A stretch of 64,000 bases of DNA from Candidatus Beckwithbacteria bacterium GW2011_GWC1_49_16 (GCA_001029675.1 CP011210.1:777280-841279); one strand, 5' to 3'; shown: positions 1 to 9,980, counted from the stretch's first letter. Translations and numbers: made by a program. Notes: a model not told the origin generated them from the letters alone.

Positions 1-197
1 TCAAGACGGTGGCGATTGAAGACGGAGTGATTTATGAGCTGACCACGCCGGCCAGCGAGCCTTTTTGGGAACAGACCCAGAAGATGATTTTAAACAGTTT
101 TGGGTTTAGCACCGAGGCGGAGGCGGTGGAACCGCCAACACCAGAGGCAGAAGAAAACGGCGAGGTAATTTTGTTAGATGAGGCAGTGGTCGAATAA
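1..197 (+). CDS. 3' end of a hypothetical protein (gene starts upstream of window)
   Basis: Frame is open from position 1 and stops at 195-197. No recognisable motif. Confidence 0.3.
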   Translation, partial: KTVAIEDGVIYELTTPASEPFWEQTQKMILNSFGFSTEAEAVEPPTPEAEENGEVILLDEAVVE

Positions 198-199
198 AT

Positions 200-2632
200 A
201 TGCTTTTTTGGTATACCCGGGGCTTTAAATGGTTTGGCCGGTTTTTTAAAAACCTGGTGATCTTTTTGGATAACAAGCTGGCGGTGACCTTGATGGTCAA
301 CCTGTGGCTGACTCCCCTGTTTCACGATACCAGCATCATTGGCAGACTTTTAAGTTTTATCTACCGAACTTTGAGGATTGCCGTCGGGTCGGTGTTTATG
401 CTGGCGGCAATCTCGGCCATGGGATTTTGGCTTTTGGTCTGGCTGGTCTTACCCTGGACTTTGCTGGTTTATAACTTGACCTGGGGGCTGGTGGTGGTCG
501 GGGCGATGCTGGCCGGAGATGGAGTTAGATACATAAAACAGCCAAGAAAACCGCTGGACTTTCTGGAGACAGATACCAAAAAGGCAGCCAGGCTGGCCAA
601 GTTTAACAGCGGCCGGCTGTTGCCCCTGATGCTCGGTGACCCCGAGGCGGCCAAGATGCTTGAACGCTTAGAAATTTTGCCCGAGGGCTTAAAACAGATA
701 AAGATACTGCCGGTGTTTAACGAGTGGCTGAAGCTGGCGGCCGATGAGGTTGGCGGCCTAGGAAGAGTCAAGATAACCTTGAGCGATTTTTTGCTGGCGC
801 TTTTGAAACAAGACAGGTTTCGCTACGAGGAAGCAAAATTGACCTTGGCTTGGCTTGAGCAACAAAAAATCTGGGCTAAGACGCCGTTCCTATGGGATAA
901 GGAATACCTAATCCGCCCGATCGGTGGGGTCAATCGGGGTTTGACGGGGCTGCCGACGCCGACTTTGGATAAATACGGTACCGACTTAACCCAAGAGGCC
1001 CAAAAACGCCAGATAAATGAAGTCATCGGCAAAGATAACCAGCTTGATGAAATCAGTAAAATCTTGTCGCGGAGCCAACAGAACAATGTTTTGGTGGTGG
1101 GCGAGGCCGGCAGCGGCAAAACCAGTTTGATCCATGGTTTGGCCCAAGAAATTGTCCGGGGGGTGAGGGCGAAAAGCTTGAGGTTTAAACGCTTGGTACT
1201 TCTGTCCCCCACAAAGCTTGCCGCCGGGGCCAATAGCGCGGAATTAAATCACCGCATCAGCCAAATTATCGAGGAGATCAAGGCCGCCGAAAATATAATT
1301 TTGGCGGTAGACGGAGTCCATAATCTATCAAGCCTAAACCAAGATTTGCCGGAAACCAGTGACCTGTTTATTGCCTTGGAGCCGCCGCTGTCTGCCGGAG
1401 AGTTCCAGTTTATCGGCACCACCACGGCGCAAAACTACAAAAAATACCTTGAACCCAACGAGGCTTTTGCCAGGCTGTTTGAAACGGTAGAGCTGCCGGA
1501 AGCAGACCGGGAGAAAACTTTTAAGATTTTATCTTATACTGCTTGGCAAATGGAGCGTAAGACGGGGGTAGAAATTACTACTATATGTCTTAAGACCATC
1601 ATTGATCTTTCCGGACAACTGATTCACGACCGGGTCTTTCCGGACAAGGCGGTAAGGATTTTGGATGAGGTGGTGGCCCAAGTAACGGCTAAAGAAGAAA
1701 AATTGGTCAACTCCGCCGAGGCTTTAAAGCTCATTTCCCAAAAAACCAAGGTGCCGGTGAGTCAGATAACCAAGAAAGAAACTGAACTTTTATTGAACCT
1801 GGAAGCCAAACTCCATCAACGGGTGGTGGGGCAGGAGGCGGCGATCAAGGCAGTGGCCGACGCCATCAGGCGCGCCCGGACCGGGCTTAAGGATCCTGAC
1901 AAACCGATTGCCAGCTTTATGTTTGCCGGGCCGACCGGGGTGGGTAAAACCGAGACGGCCAAAACCCTGGCGGAAGAATTTTTTGGCTCGGAAAAACTGA
2001 TGATCCGCCTGGACATGAGCGAGTTCCAGACGGTGGACAGTGTCAACAGACTTATCGGGGCGCCGCCGGGGCGAGGAGCAGACGCCGGGGGGCAGTTGAC
2101 CGAAGCGGTCAGACACCAACCCTACACCCTGGTGTTGCTCGATGAGATCGAGAAAGCTCACGAAAAAATCCTCAATTTGTTTTTGCAGGTTTTAGACGAC
2201 GCCAGGCTGTCTGACAGTTCCGGCCGGGTGGTAGATTTTGCCAACACCATCATTATTGCCACCACTAATGTCGGTACCGGCAAAGCCAACGTCATGGAGG
2301 CGATTGAAAAGCATTTCCCGCCCGAGTGGTTAAACCGGTTTAGCGGCATCATCGTCTTTGAAAGCTTGAAGGCTAGTGAGGTAGAGGCGGTAGTAAAGTT
2401 AAAGCTTGCTGGCTTGCGAGCGGAACTTGCCAAACAAGAAATCGAGATTAACTTTGATCCCAGCCTGGTAAAAAAGCTGTCCCAAGAGGGATTTTCGCCT
2501 AAATGGGGCGGGCGGCAGATCGAGCGGGTAATCCAGGAAAAGGTGGCCAACGCTATCTCGAAAATGATTCTGACCGGAAAGGTAGTTAAGCGCCAGCCGA
2601 TTGAACTGACTGATGAGATTTTGAGGCAATAA
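200..2632 (+). CDS. Clp/Hsp100-family AAA+ ATPase (ClpC/ClpB-like) with N-terminal membrane domain
   Basis: Two Walker A motifs (GEAGSGKTS, GPTGVGKTE). D2 Walker B is LVLLDEIEKAH. Clp_N-like repeat (LSDFLLALL). The first ~110 aa are hydrophobic helices. Confidence 0.75.
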   Translation: MLFWYTRGFKWFGRFFKNLVIFLDNKLAVTLMVNLWLTPLFHDTSIIGRLLSFIYRTLRIAVGSVFMLAAISAMGFWLLVWLVLPWTLLVYNLTWGLVVVGAMLAGDGVRYIKQPRKPLDFLETDTKKAARLAKFNSGRLLPLMLGDPEAAKMLERLEILPEGLKQIKILPVFNEWLKLAADEVGGLGRVKITLSDFLLALLKQDRFRYEEAKLTLAWLEQQKIWAKTPFLWDKEYLIRPIGGVNRGLTGLPTPTLDKYGTDLTQEAQKRQINEVIGKDNQLDEISKILSRSQQNNVLVVGEAGSGKTSLIHGLAQEIVRGVRAKSLRFKRLVLLSPTKLAAGANSAELNHRISQIIEEIKAAENIILAVDGVHNLSSLNQDLPETSDLFIALEPPLSAGEFQFIGTTTAQNYKKYLEPNEAFARLFETVELPEADREKTFKILSYTAWQMERKTGVEITTICLKTIIDLSGQLIHDRVFPDKAVRILDEVVAQVTAKEEKLVNSAEALKLISQKTKVPVSQITKKETELLLNLEAKLHQRVVGQEAAIKAVADAIRRARTGLKDPDKPIASFMFAGPTGVGKTETAKTLAEEFFGSEKLMIRLDMSEFQTVDSVNRLIGAPPGRGADAGGQLTEAVRHQPYTLVLLDEIEKAHEKILNLFLQVLDDARLSDSSGRVVDFANTIIIATTNVGTGKANVMEAIEKHFPPEWLNRFSGIIVFESLKASEVEAVVKLKLAGLRAELAKQEIEINFDPSLVKKLSQEGFSPKWGGRQIERVIQEKVANAISKMILTGKVVKRQPIELTDEILRQ

Positions 2633-2633
2633 C

Positions 2634-3710
2634 ATGGAAGAGGTAAGAAGCTTAAAAAAACGCCTGGAAGAATTGATTGAAGCCGTGGGCTTAAAAGATA
2701 AAAGGGGCCGGGTCGAAGCGCTAAAGGCCGAAAGCCAGAGTCAGAGTTTTTGGCAAAACCAGGAGGAGGCGCAAAAGGTGATGCGGCAGCTTAGCCAATT
2801 GAACGAAGAGGTGGATAAAATTGACACCTTAAAAAAGAAAATTGACACCCTGGAAGAGCTTTTAAAAGAAGAAGGTGACGGTCAAGAATCGGTGCTGACC
2901 CGCGAGATTGCCGAGATAGAAAAGGAGCTAACCGGTTTGGAGTCGGCCAAGTTTTTGTCCGGGCCTTATGACGCCGGCGATGCCATTTTGTCGCTCCACG
3001 CCGGCCAAGGGGGAACCGAAGCGATGGACTGGACGGCGATGTTAACGAGGATGTATAGCCGTTGGGCGGAGGGGAAAAACTATAAGGTGGAGAAAGTAAG
3101 CGAGAGGCCGGGAGAGGAAGCAGGGATTAAAAGCGTCACTTTAACCATCGAAGGGCGCTACGCTTACGGCTACCTTAAAAGAGAAAGGGGCACCCATAGG
3201 CTGGTGAGGCAATCCCCTTTTAACGCCGACAATTTACGACAAACCTCGTTTGCTTTGGTGGAGGTGCTGCCGGTTCTTGAGAACTTAACCGAAGTGGAAA
3301 TTAAGTCCGACGATCTTCAAATTGAGTTTTTTCGCTCTTCCGGATCCGGAGGGCAAAACGTCAACAAGGTGGCGACCGCGGTGAGGCTAAAGCACTTACC
3401 CACCGGGATCACGGTAGAAGCTCAAACTCAACGGTACCAGGAACAAAACCGAAAAACGGCGCTAAAGATTTTGGCGGCTAAACTCTGGGAAATAGAACAG
3501 GAGAAAAGGCGGGAAAAGATCGACGAGCTGAAAGGAGAACACCAATCGGCTTCTTGGGGAAGGCAAATCAGGTCTTATGTGCTGCACCCTTATAAACAGG
3601 TAAAAGATTTAAGAACCAATTATACCGCCACCGACCCGGAAGCGGTGCTTGACGGAGCGATCGACGGCTTTATCGAAGCCGAGTTGAAACTTGATCTAGA
3701 CAAGCAGTAA
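2634..3710 (+). CDS. prfB: peptide chain release factor 2
   Basis: SPF tripeptide and GGQ motif (SGSGGQNVNK). Full-length single ORF with no +1 frameshift site. Confidence 0.85.
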   Translation: MEEVRSLKKRLEELIEAVGLKDKRGRVEALKAESQSQSFWQNQEEAQKVMRQLSQLNEEVDKIDTLKKKIDTLEELLKEEGDGQESVLTREIAEIEKELTGLESAKFLSGPYDAGDAILSLHAGQGGTEAMDWTAMLTRMYSRWAEGKNYKVEKVSERPGEEAGIKSVTLTIEGRYAYGYLKRERGTHRLVRQSPFNADNLRQTSFALVEVLPVLENLTEVEIKSDDLQIEFFRSSGSGGQNVNKVATAVRLKHLPTGITVEAQTQRYQEQNRKTALKILAAKLWEIEQEKRREKIDELKGEHQSASWGRQIRSYVLHPYKQVKDLRTNYTATDPEAVLDGAIDGFIEAELKLDLDKQ

Positions 3711-3730
3711 TATATGGTATTATTAAAAGT

Positions 3731-4231
3731 ATGGCCGATGTCAAACCTTTAAATCTTGATACTGATGCTGCCACGGAAATGCCCGAGGCAAAAAAAGCCA
3801 AACCGATTATGCCGGGGCAAAAATTAGCGGTCAAGAAAGTGGGCGGAGTGGTTTTGGGCCTGGTGCTTTTAGGAGTAGCCAGCGGTTATGGGTTGAGCCG
3901 GGTAACCAGTGAGACAGGAGGCATTGGCGGCGCGGGCTTGAAGCGGACGGTAGAAGAGAGCGAGATCACCCAAGGCACCATGGTCGGGGTCAAAGATGAA
4001 AAGGCCTTTCGCGATACCGCCGAAGGGGCTTTGGTGGCCGGGGGTATTGACGGCGAAGGGTCGCACCACCTGGAGCGTGAAGGCGGCGAGTCGCAAAACG
4101 TTTATTTAACCTCGTCAATTATCGATCTGGATCAGTTCGTCGGGCGAAAAGTGAAAGTGTGGGGAGAAACTTTCGACGCCAGAAAAGCCGGCTGGTTGAT
4201 GGATGTCGGGCGGCTTGAAGTTTTAGAATGA
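3731..4231 (+). CDS. hypothetical membrane protein, Gly-rich
   Basis: Single TM helix (VGGVVLGLVLLGVASGY). No known motif. Confidence 0.4.
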   Translation: MADVKPLNLDTDAATEMPEAKKAKPIMPGQKLAVKKVGGVVLGLVLLGVASGYGLSRVTSETGGIGGAGLKRTVEESEITQGTMVGVKDEKAFRDTAEGALVAGGIDGEGSHHLEREGGESQNVYLTSSIIDLDQFVGRKVKVWGETFDARKAGWLMDVGRLEVLE

Positions 4232-4905
4232 TTATTTTTCAAAAAGTTTCCAAAAGCTTTCCCGACGGAACGCTGGCTTTAGACAAGGCTTCGTTTCAGA
4301 TTAACAAAAAAGAGTTTGTTTTTTTTATCGGCCCCTCGGGTGCGGGCAAAACCACGGTGATGAGGCTGTTGCGTAAAGAACTAACGCCGACCTCGGGGTC
4401 GATCGTAGTCATGGATAAGAATTTAACTGACACTGAAGATGATCAAGTGCCTTTTTTGCGGCGCGACGTGGGCATGTGCTACCAAGACTTTAAATTACTC
4501 TCCGACCGGACAGTTTACGAGAATGTCGCCCTGGCGCTCGAAATCACCGGCATGGAGAGAGAGAAAATTGAGAAACGGGTGGCGGAGGTGTTAAAGAACG
4601 TCGGGCTGAGTAAAAAGGCCAACTTTTTCCCGATTCAGATTTCCGGGGGCGAGCTGCAGCGGGTGGGGATTGCCCGGGCTTTGGCGCCTGATCCGAAAAT
4701 CCTGATTGCCGACGAGCCGACGGGGAACTTAGACCCGGAATCGGGCTGGGAGATTATCAAGCTTTTCAAAGAAATCAATCTTGCCGGCACGACGGTGTTG
4801 GTCGCCACCCACAACGCGGAGGTGGTGGATAAATTCAAGGAACGGGTAATAAAGCTTGAAGACGGCAAAATCGTCAGCGATAAAAAGAAAGGCGAGTATA
4901 AATGA
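4228..4905 (+). CDS. ftsE: cell division ATP-binding protein FtsE
   Basis: Walker A GPSGAGKTT, ABC signature ISGGELQRV, Walker B ILIADEPTGNLD. Followed by ftsX. Confidence 0.85.
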   Translation: MIIFQKVSKSFPDGTLALDKASFQINKKEFVFFIGPSGAGKTTVMRLLRKELTPTSGSIVVMDKNLTDTEDDQVPFLRRDVGMCYQDFKLLSDRTVYENVALALEITGMEREKIEKRVAEVLKNVGLSKKANFFPIQISGGELQRVGIARALAPDPKILIADEPTGNLDPESGWEIIKLFKEINLAGTTVLVATHNAEVVDKFKERVIKLEDGKIVSDKKKGEYK

Positions 4906-5777
4906 ACATTCTGCAAAAAACCTACAAGCAGGCCCGGCGTAGCCCGTTTCAAGGACTGGCGGCGGTGATGATTACCACTTTGACCTTTTTGGTAATATCG
5001 GTTTTCAGCTTAATCTCTTATGGCTCGATCAAGATTTTGGAGTATTTTGAATCGGCGCCGCAAGTGATTGCTTTTTTTGAACCGGGCAAGGATTTGACCG
5101 AAGTGGAGATTGCCAACATCAGGGCGCAACTGGATAAAACCGGCAAGCTCAAAGACTTTCGCTATGTCTCCACCAACGAGGCCGAGGCTATTTACAAAGA
5201 GAAAAACAAAGACAATCCCCTGCTACTCGAGCTGGTAGACGCCAGTATTTTACCGGCGTCGATCGAGATCTCGGCTGGTGAGTTGAAAAACCTGGTGGAG
5301 CTCAAGGGAGTTTTGGAAACCCAGGAAGGGGTGGACGACGTGGTTTATTACGAGGACATCGTTAACTCGCTCTCCAGCTGGATTAACAGCGTCAAAATTA
5401 TGGGGGGAGCGGCGATTGCCTATCTGGTGATCGAGTCGGTGCTGGTGATTTTGGTGATTATTGCCCTGCAGATTGCCGCCCGGCGCGAAGAAATTGAAAT
5501 TTTGAAGCTGATCGGCGCTACCACCTGGTTTATCCGCCAGCCGTTTGTGGTCACCGGCATGGCCTATGGTTTAATCGGCGGTTTTTTGGCCTGGAGTGTC
5601 AGCTACCTGATGCTACTCTATTCGACGCCATTTTTGGCTAACTGGCTCCAGGATATTCCGCTGTTGCCGGTGTCTTTCTGGTTTATGCTGGCTTTGTTAG
5701 CCGGCGAGCTGGTCTTGGGAATTTTGATCGGGGCGGTGGGGAGTTTGATCGCCACCCGCAGGTTTTTGAAAATCTGA
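4902..5777 (+). CDS. ftsX: cell division permease FtsX
   Basis: 4-TM topology with a large periplasmic loop. Overlaps ftsE by 4 nt. Confidence 0.8.
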   Translation: MNILQKTYKQARRSPFQGLAAVMITTLTFLVISVFSLISYGSIKILEYFESAPQVIAFFEPGKDLTEVEIANIRAQLDKTGKLKDFRYVSTNEAEAIYKEKNKDNPLLLELVDASILPASIEISAGELKNLVELKGVLETQEGVDDVVYYEDIVNSLSSWINSVKIMGGAAIAYLVIESVLVILVIIALQIAARREEIEILKLIGATTWFIRQPFVVTGMAYGLIGGFLAWSVSYLMLLYSTPFLANWLQDIPLLPVSFWFMLALLAGELVLGILIGAVGSLIATRRFLKI

Positions 5778-5791
5778 TAGACTTTAAGGGT

Positions 5792-6958
5792 ATGGTGAAA
5801 AGGCTGCTGTTGATTTTAGTGGTGGTTTTTGGCTTGGCCGTCGTACCGCTTGTGGCACAAAGCTCAAATGACGAATGCATTAATAAATCGGTTGAAGAAA
5901 AAGTCACCTGTTACGAAGCCAAGCTCCAAGAAAATCGAGGACAACAAAAAACTTTGGCCAGCACGATCGCTTATCTTGACAACCGTATTGCTCTAACTCA
6001 GTCCCAAATCGCCAAAACGGAAAATGACATCAAAATCCTTGAAGAAGAGATAGCCACCCTTGGCGTTAAAATCAATCGTCTTGATGTAAGCCTAGATGAA
6101 ATTTCCAACCTTTTGATAGCCAGAATCGGTGAATCGTATAAAAGGTCACTCTTTAGTCCTCACTATAACCTTCTGGCAGTTGGCGGATTAACTGACTATT
6201 TAGAAAGAAATCAATATCTTAAGATAGCGCAGCAAAACGACCGCAAAGTGCTTTTAGAGCTTCAGGGCGCAAGAGATACAACTCAACTCCAAAAAGACTT
6301 AAAAGAGCAAAAACAACTTGAGCTGGAAGAATTAACTCTCCAGCTGGCTAACCAGAATCGAGATTTAGCCCAACAGAAAAGCAGTAAGGGCGATCTTTTG
6401 GCACAGACTAAAAACGATGAAAGAGTTTATCAGCAGTTGTTAGCTACTGCTCGGGCAGAATACCAAGCAATTCAAGCAATCGTTGCCCTTAAGGGCCAAG
6501 AAACTGAAGTGAGGCATGTTAGTGAAGGTGAAAAAATAGCTACTGTTATTCAAGGGGCTTCCTGCAATTCCACCGGAACACACGTACACTTTATTATCAG
6601 CGAGAACGGTGTCAGTAAAAATCCTTTTAGCTACTTAAGCAGCAACATTAGTTATACCAACTACTCCGGCGGGGATGCTTTTAACCCATCGGGAAGTTGG
6701 CGCTGGCCAATTGAACCACACATCAGATTTAATCAGGGTTATGGTGTGACGTGGTTTGTTCAAACCTATGGTTGGTACCCATTCCATAATGGCATTGATA
6801 TCACTAGCGAATCTTCAAACGACATCAAGGCGGTAAAGGCAGGAACTTTGTATAATGGTAGCTATTCAGGAAGCGGCGGCTGTACCCTCCCCTATGTTCG
6901 CGTCGATCACGACGAGAATAATTTGGACACTTTTTACCTGCACGTTTTTTCTAGTTAA
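5792..6958 (+). CDS. EnvC-like coiled-coil protein with peptidase M23 (LytM) domain
   Basis: Signal/TM, long coiled coil, then M23 motifs STGTHVHF and FHNGIDI. Gene is AT-rich by eye. Confidence 0.7.
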   Translation: MVKRLLLILVVVFGLAVVPLVAQSSNDECINKSVEEKVTCYEAKLQENRGQQKTLASTIAYLDNRIALTQSQIAKTENDIKILEEEIATLGVKINRLDVSLDEISNLLIARIGESYKRSLFSPHYNLLAVGGLTDYLERNQYLKIAQQNDRKVLLELQGARDTTQLQKDLKEQKQLELEELTLQLANQNRDLAQQKSSKGDLLAQTKNDERVYQQLLATARAEYQAIQAIVALKGQETEVRHVSEGEKIATVIQGASCNSTGTHVHFIISENGVSKNPFSYLSSNISYTNYSGGDAFNPSGSWRWPIEPHIRFNQGYGVTWFVQTYGWYPFHNGIDITSESSNDIKAVKAGTLYNGSYSGSGGCTLPYVRVDHDENNLDTFYLHVFSS

Positions 6959-6964
6959 ATAAAA

Positions 6965-7780
6965 ATGCCTGCCCGAAAAATTTTCAAAAGCTTTGTTATT
7001 GGCGCCATCTCTGGCGCCTTATTTTTATTCGCCGCCGCGATCCCAACCCAGGCCCAAGTAAAACTCAACGAGATTTTTGCCAACCCTGTGGACGAAAATG
7101 ACGAGTTTATTGAACTCTACAATACTGGCGATCAACCGGTAACCCTGACCGGCTATAAAGTCAACGACTTGGTCAAAACCTATGTTTTACCAGAGGCTAC
7201 CATCAGCGCTAAAGGATTTTTTGTTGTTTTAACCCGACAAGTTTCTCCTCAGGTACAACTTAATAACACTACCGAAACAGTCACCTTAAAAGATGCTGCC
7301 GACAATACCGTCGACAGCTTCAGCTACGACGGTACCACTGAAAATACCTCGTTCTCCCGCTACCCAGACGGCACCGGAAGCTGGAACAGCCAAACCGCGG
7401 TTACCCAAAACGCGCCCAACCAGGAATCACCACCTTCCCCTTCCACCACTCCCGAAGACGACCAGGAGCCGTCGCCTTCGCCCAGCCCCTCGCTGGCGCT
7501 CGGGGTAAACCCATCGCCTTCTGCCTCGGCTAAGGCGTCGGTAAAACCATCTGCCAACGCCTCGCCTAGCGACAGCTTTGACTCGATGGCGATGCTTTTA
7601 TCGACCGAGTCCGGCGAGATTTTGGGGGCGACCGAGGCGGCCGAGGAAAATACAGAAGAGAAAAAGCCGACGAGCCCATATTTTGTCCCGGGAATTTTGG
7701 CGGTTTTGGGAGTAACACTTTTTGGCGGAGCCGGGGCGGTTTTATATAAACAATACCGAAGCGGTATAATTGAGAAATGA
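6965..7780 (+). CDS. lamin-tail-domain (LTD) surface protein with Pro/Ser-rich linker and C-terminal TM anchor
   Basis: LTD motif KLNEIFANPVDENDEFIELYNTG. PS-rich low-complexity region. C-terminal hydrophobic helix. Confidence 0.6.
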   Translation: MPARKIFKSFVIGAISGALFLFAAAIPTQAQVKLNEIFANPVDENDEFIELYNTGDQPVTLTGYKVNDLVKTYVLPEATISAKGFFVVLTRQVSPQVQLNNTTETVTLKDAADNTVDSFSYDGTTENTSFSRYPDGTGSWNSQTAVTQNAPNQESPPSPSTTPEDDQEPSPSPSPSLALGVNPSPSASAKASVKPSANASPSDSFDSMAMLLSTESGEILGATEAAEENTEEKKPTSPYFVPGILAVLGVTLFGGAGAVLYKQYRSGIIEK

Positions 7781-8145
7781 AGCTAAAGCAGTTTTTTATC
7801 CGCTGGTGGCCGGTTTTGGTCTGGTGCGGCTTGATTTTTATTGTTTCGGCGATGCCGATTAACAAATCCCAAGAATTTTCCTGGCTGGATTTTATCTTCA
7901 AAAAAACCGCCCACGTGACCGAATACGCTATTTTGTTCTGGCTGGTGTTTCGGGCGGCTTCGGACCGGGGCAGGCTTTATTCGAAAAAAATCTTTGTTTG
8001 GTCATTTGTTTTTTCGGTTTTGTACGCCTTCTCCGATGAGTGGCACCAGACTTTTGTGCCTGGGCGTGAAGGAACGCTGCGAGACGTGGGTTTTGATACT
8101 TTAGGGATTCTTTTTAGCTGGATTCAGGTGAAACGCTGGGTATGA
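7777..8145 (+). CDS. VanZ-like family membrane protein
   Basis: Small 4-TM protein with a FSDEWHQ...RD motif typical of VanZ-like proteins. Confidence 0.5.
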   Translation: MKLKQFFIRWWPVLVWCGLIFIVSAMPINKSQEFSWLDFIFKKTAHVTEYAILFWLVFRAASDRGRLYSKKIFVWSFVFSVLYAFSDEWHQTFVPGREGTLRDVGFDTLGILFSWIQVKRWV

Positions 8146-9125
8146 GAGTCTTGGTCACCGGCGGTGCCGGCTACATCGGCTCGATCGTCTGTCGCCAGTT
8201 AACCCAAAAGGGTTTTGAAGTAGTGGTCTTGGACAGCCTGGAAAACGGCTCTCGCCAGGCGGCGGGCGGCTTGAAACTGGTTAAAGGCAAAACTCACGAC
8301 CAAGACTTGGTTAAAAAAACTTTGGCGCAAGAGAAGATCGAAGCAGTGATGCACTTCGCCGGCTACATTGCCATGGGCGAGTCGATGGAGAACCCAGCTA
8401 AATACTTTGACAACAATGTAGTGGGAGCGGTGGGGCTGTTTGAAGCCATGGCCGAAGCTGGCGTCACTAAAATAATTTTTTCTTCCACCGCCGGGGTTTA
8501 CGGCAATCCGGAACGGGTGCCGATCAAAGAAGAAGACTCTAAACTGCCGGAAAATCCCTACGGCGAGAGCAAGCTCATGGTAGAAAAAATGCTTGACTGG
8601 TATGACCGAATTCAGGGATTGCGCTCGATCAGCCTGCGCTATTTTAACGCCGCCGGCGCCGCTCTTGACGGCAGTTTGGGCGAAGCCCACCGGCCGGAGT
8701 CACACCTAATTCCCAACGTGATCCGGGCGGCGATGACTGGTGACGGCTTTAAACTTTACGGCAACGACTACCCCACCCCTGACGGCACTTGCATCAGAGA
8801 CTATATCCATGTTTTGGATCTGGCCGACGCCCATATTCTGGCCTTGAAAGCTTTGAGAGACGGCCACGAAACGGCGGTCTACAACGCCGGCACAGGCAAA
8901 GGCTATTCTAACCGGCAAGTGATCGACATGGTAGAAAAGGTGTCGGGTAAAAAGGTTAAGGTTGAAGTTCACCCCAGGAGGCCGGGAGACGCTAACGAAC
9001 TGGTAGCCGACTCAACTAAACTCCAAAAGGAATTTAACTGGAAGCCGAAATACTCGGACCTGAAAACGATCGTGGCCACTGCCTGGAAGTGGCACTCGAA
9101 ACATCCGGAGGGGTATTCGGGATGA
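8142..9125 (+). CDS. galE: UDP-glucose 4-epimerase
   Basis: Rossmann motif VTGGAGYIGS, YxxxK region and NAAGA motif. Length 327 aa. Confidence 0.85.
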   Translation: MRVLVTGGAGYIGSIVCRQLTQKGFEVVVLDSLENGSRQAAGGLKLVKGKTHDQDLVKKTLAQEKIEAVMHFAGYIAMGESMENPAKYFDNNVVGAVGLFEAMAEAGVTKIIFSSTAGVYGNPERVPIKEEDSKLPENPYGESKLMVEKMLDWYDRIQGLRSISLRYFNAAGAALDGSLGEAHRPESHLIPNVIRAAMTGDGFKLYGNDYPTPDGTCIRDYIHVLDLADAHILALKALRDGHETAVYNAGTGKGYSNRQVIDMVEKVSGKKVKVEVHPRRPGDANELVADSTKLQKEFNWKPKYSDLKTIVATAWKWHSKHPEGYSG

Positions 9126-9961
9126 TCCCCTCTTGGTTTTGGCTGGCGGCTGGGGCCGGAATTATCGGCAATGGGTTTAATTTTGTTAACCGGTTCAGCC
9201 TGCGGGGACAACAGGATTCCACGGCTTATGCTTGGTGGTTTGAGTTTTTAAGGCTGGTGGTATTCGGGACTTTGGCCATGTTTAACTTTCAGCTGGCGGT
9301 GAGTTCTAAAAGTTTATCGATGCTTGTTTCCCTGGGTCTGGTAGAGCTGGTGGCAATTTATTTGTATATGAAGATGCACGCTTTTACAGAACTATCGCTG
9401 TCGGCAATCATAGTCAGGTTAAGGCAGGTGTGGGTACTACTGGTGGCTTGGGTGCTGATAGGCGAAAGGTTAAATTTTACTGGCTATTTGGGAATTTTGA
9501 TTATCTTTACGGGTTTGGCGTTGGCTTTGTGGCAAAAAAATTTTAAGCCGGGTAAAGGCCTTAAGTTGGCGCTGGCATTCTCCATTGTTTCGGCGGTGAT
9601 GTGGGCGTTAATGAAGGGAGGGGCAGAGTTTGTTTCGACGCCGGTGCTGATTATGTTTTTATCTTGGCCTTCAGTGGTATTTCTGCCGCTGGTTATGAAA
9701 AACCCTGCCGGAAGAATTGTTGCCTTATGGCGGCAAAAGGTAAAAAACCTGTTACTGTCTGTTGGTAGTGACGCGGTAACGCTGTATTTAATGGCCCAAG
9801 CTTTAAGGCAAGGTCCGGTGAGTAAGGTTTTATCCGTGTCGCAGGGTATGTTGGTGCTGGCGATTTTGGCGGGAATTTTGTTTTTGGGAGAAAAAGAGCG
9901 GGCGTGGCAGAAATTGTTAGGGGGCCTGATTACCGTGGGCGGGGTGTGGCTGTTAGTGTGA
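9122..9961 (+). CDS. 10-TM membrane protein (DMT/EamA-like), paralog A
   Basis: Start MIPSW (ATGA overlap with galE stop) chosen by alignment to paralog B. The ORF track gives 9089. Confidence 0.5.
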   Translation: MIPSWFWLAAGAGIIGNGFNFVNRFSLRGQQDSTAYAWWFEFLRLVVFGTLAMFNFQLAVSSKSLSMLVSLGLVELVAIYLYMKMHAFTELSLSAIIVRLRQVWVLLVAWVLIGERLNFTGYLGILIIFTGLALALWQKNFKPGKGLKLALAFSIVSAVMWALMKGGAEFVSTPVLIMFLSWPSVVFLPLVMKNPAGRIVALWRQKVKNLLLSVGSDAVTLYLMAQALRQGPVSKVLSVSQGMLVLAILAGILFLGEKERAWQKLLGGLITVGGVWLLV

Positions 9962-9980
9962 TGTTAAAATATTTACCGGT

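Noticed and set aside
2600-2700. Search for the prfB +1 frameshift site
   Set aside because: RF2 is one continuous ORF from its natural N-terminus. No slippery CUUUGA context was found.
7293-7557. Short ORFs on both strands within the LTD gene Pro/Ser-rich linker
   Set aside because: Low-complexity GC-rich linker DNA yields open frames in several phases. Only the long frame with the LTD motif is credible.
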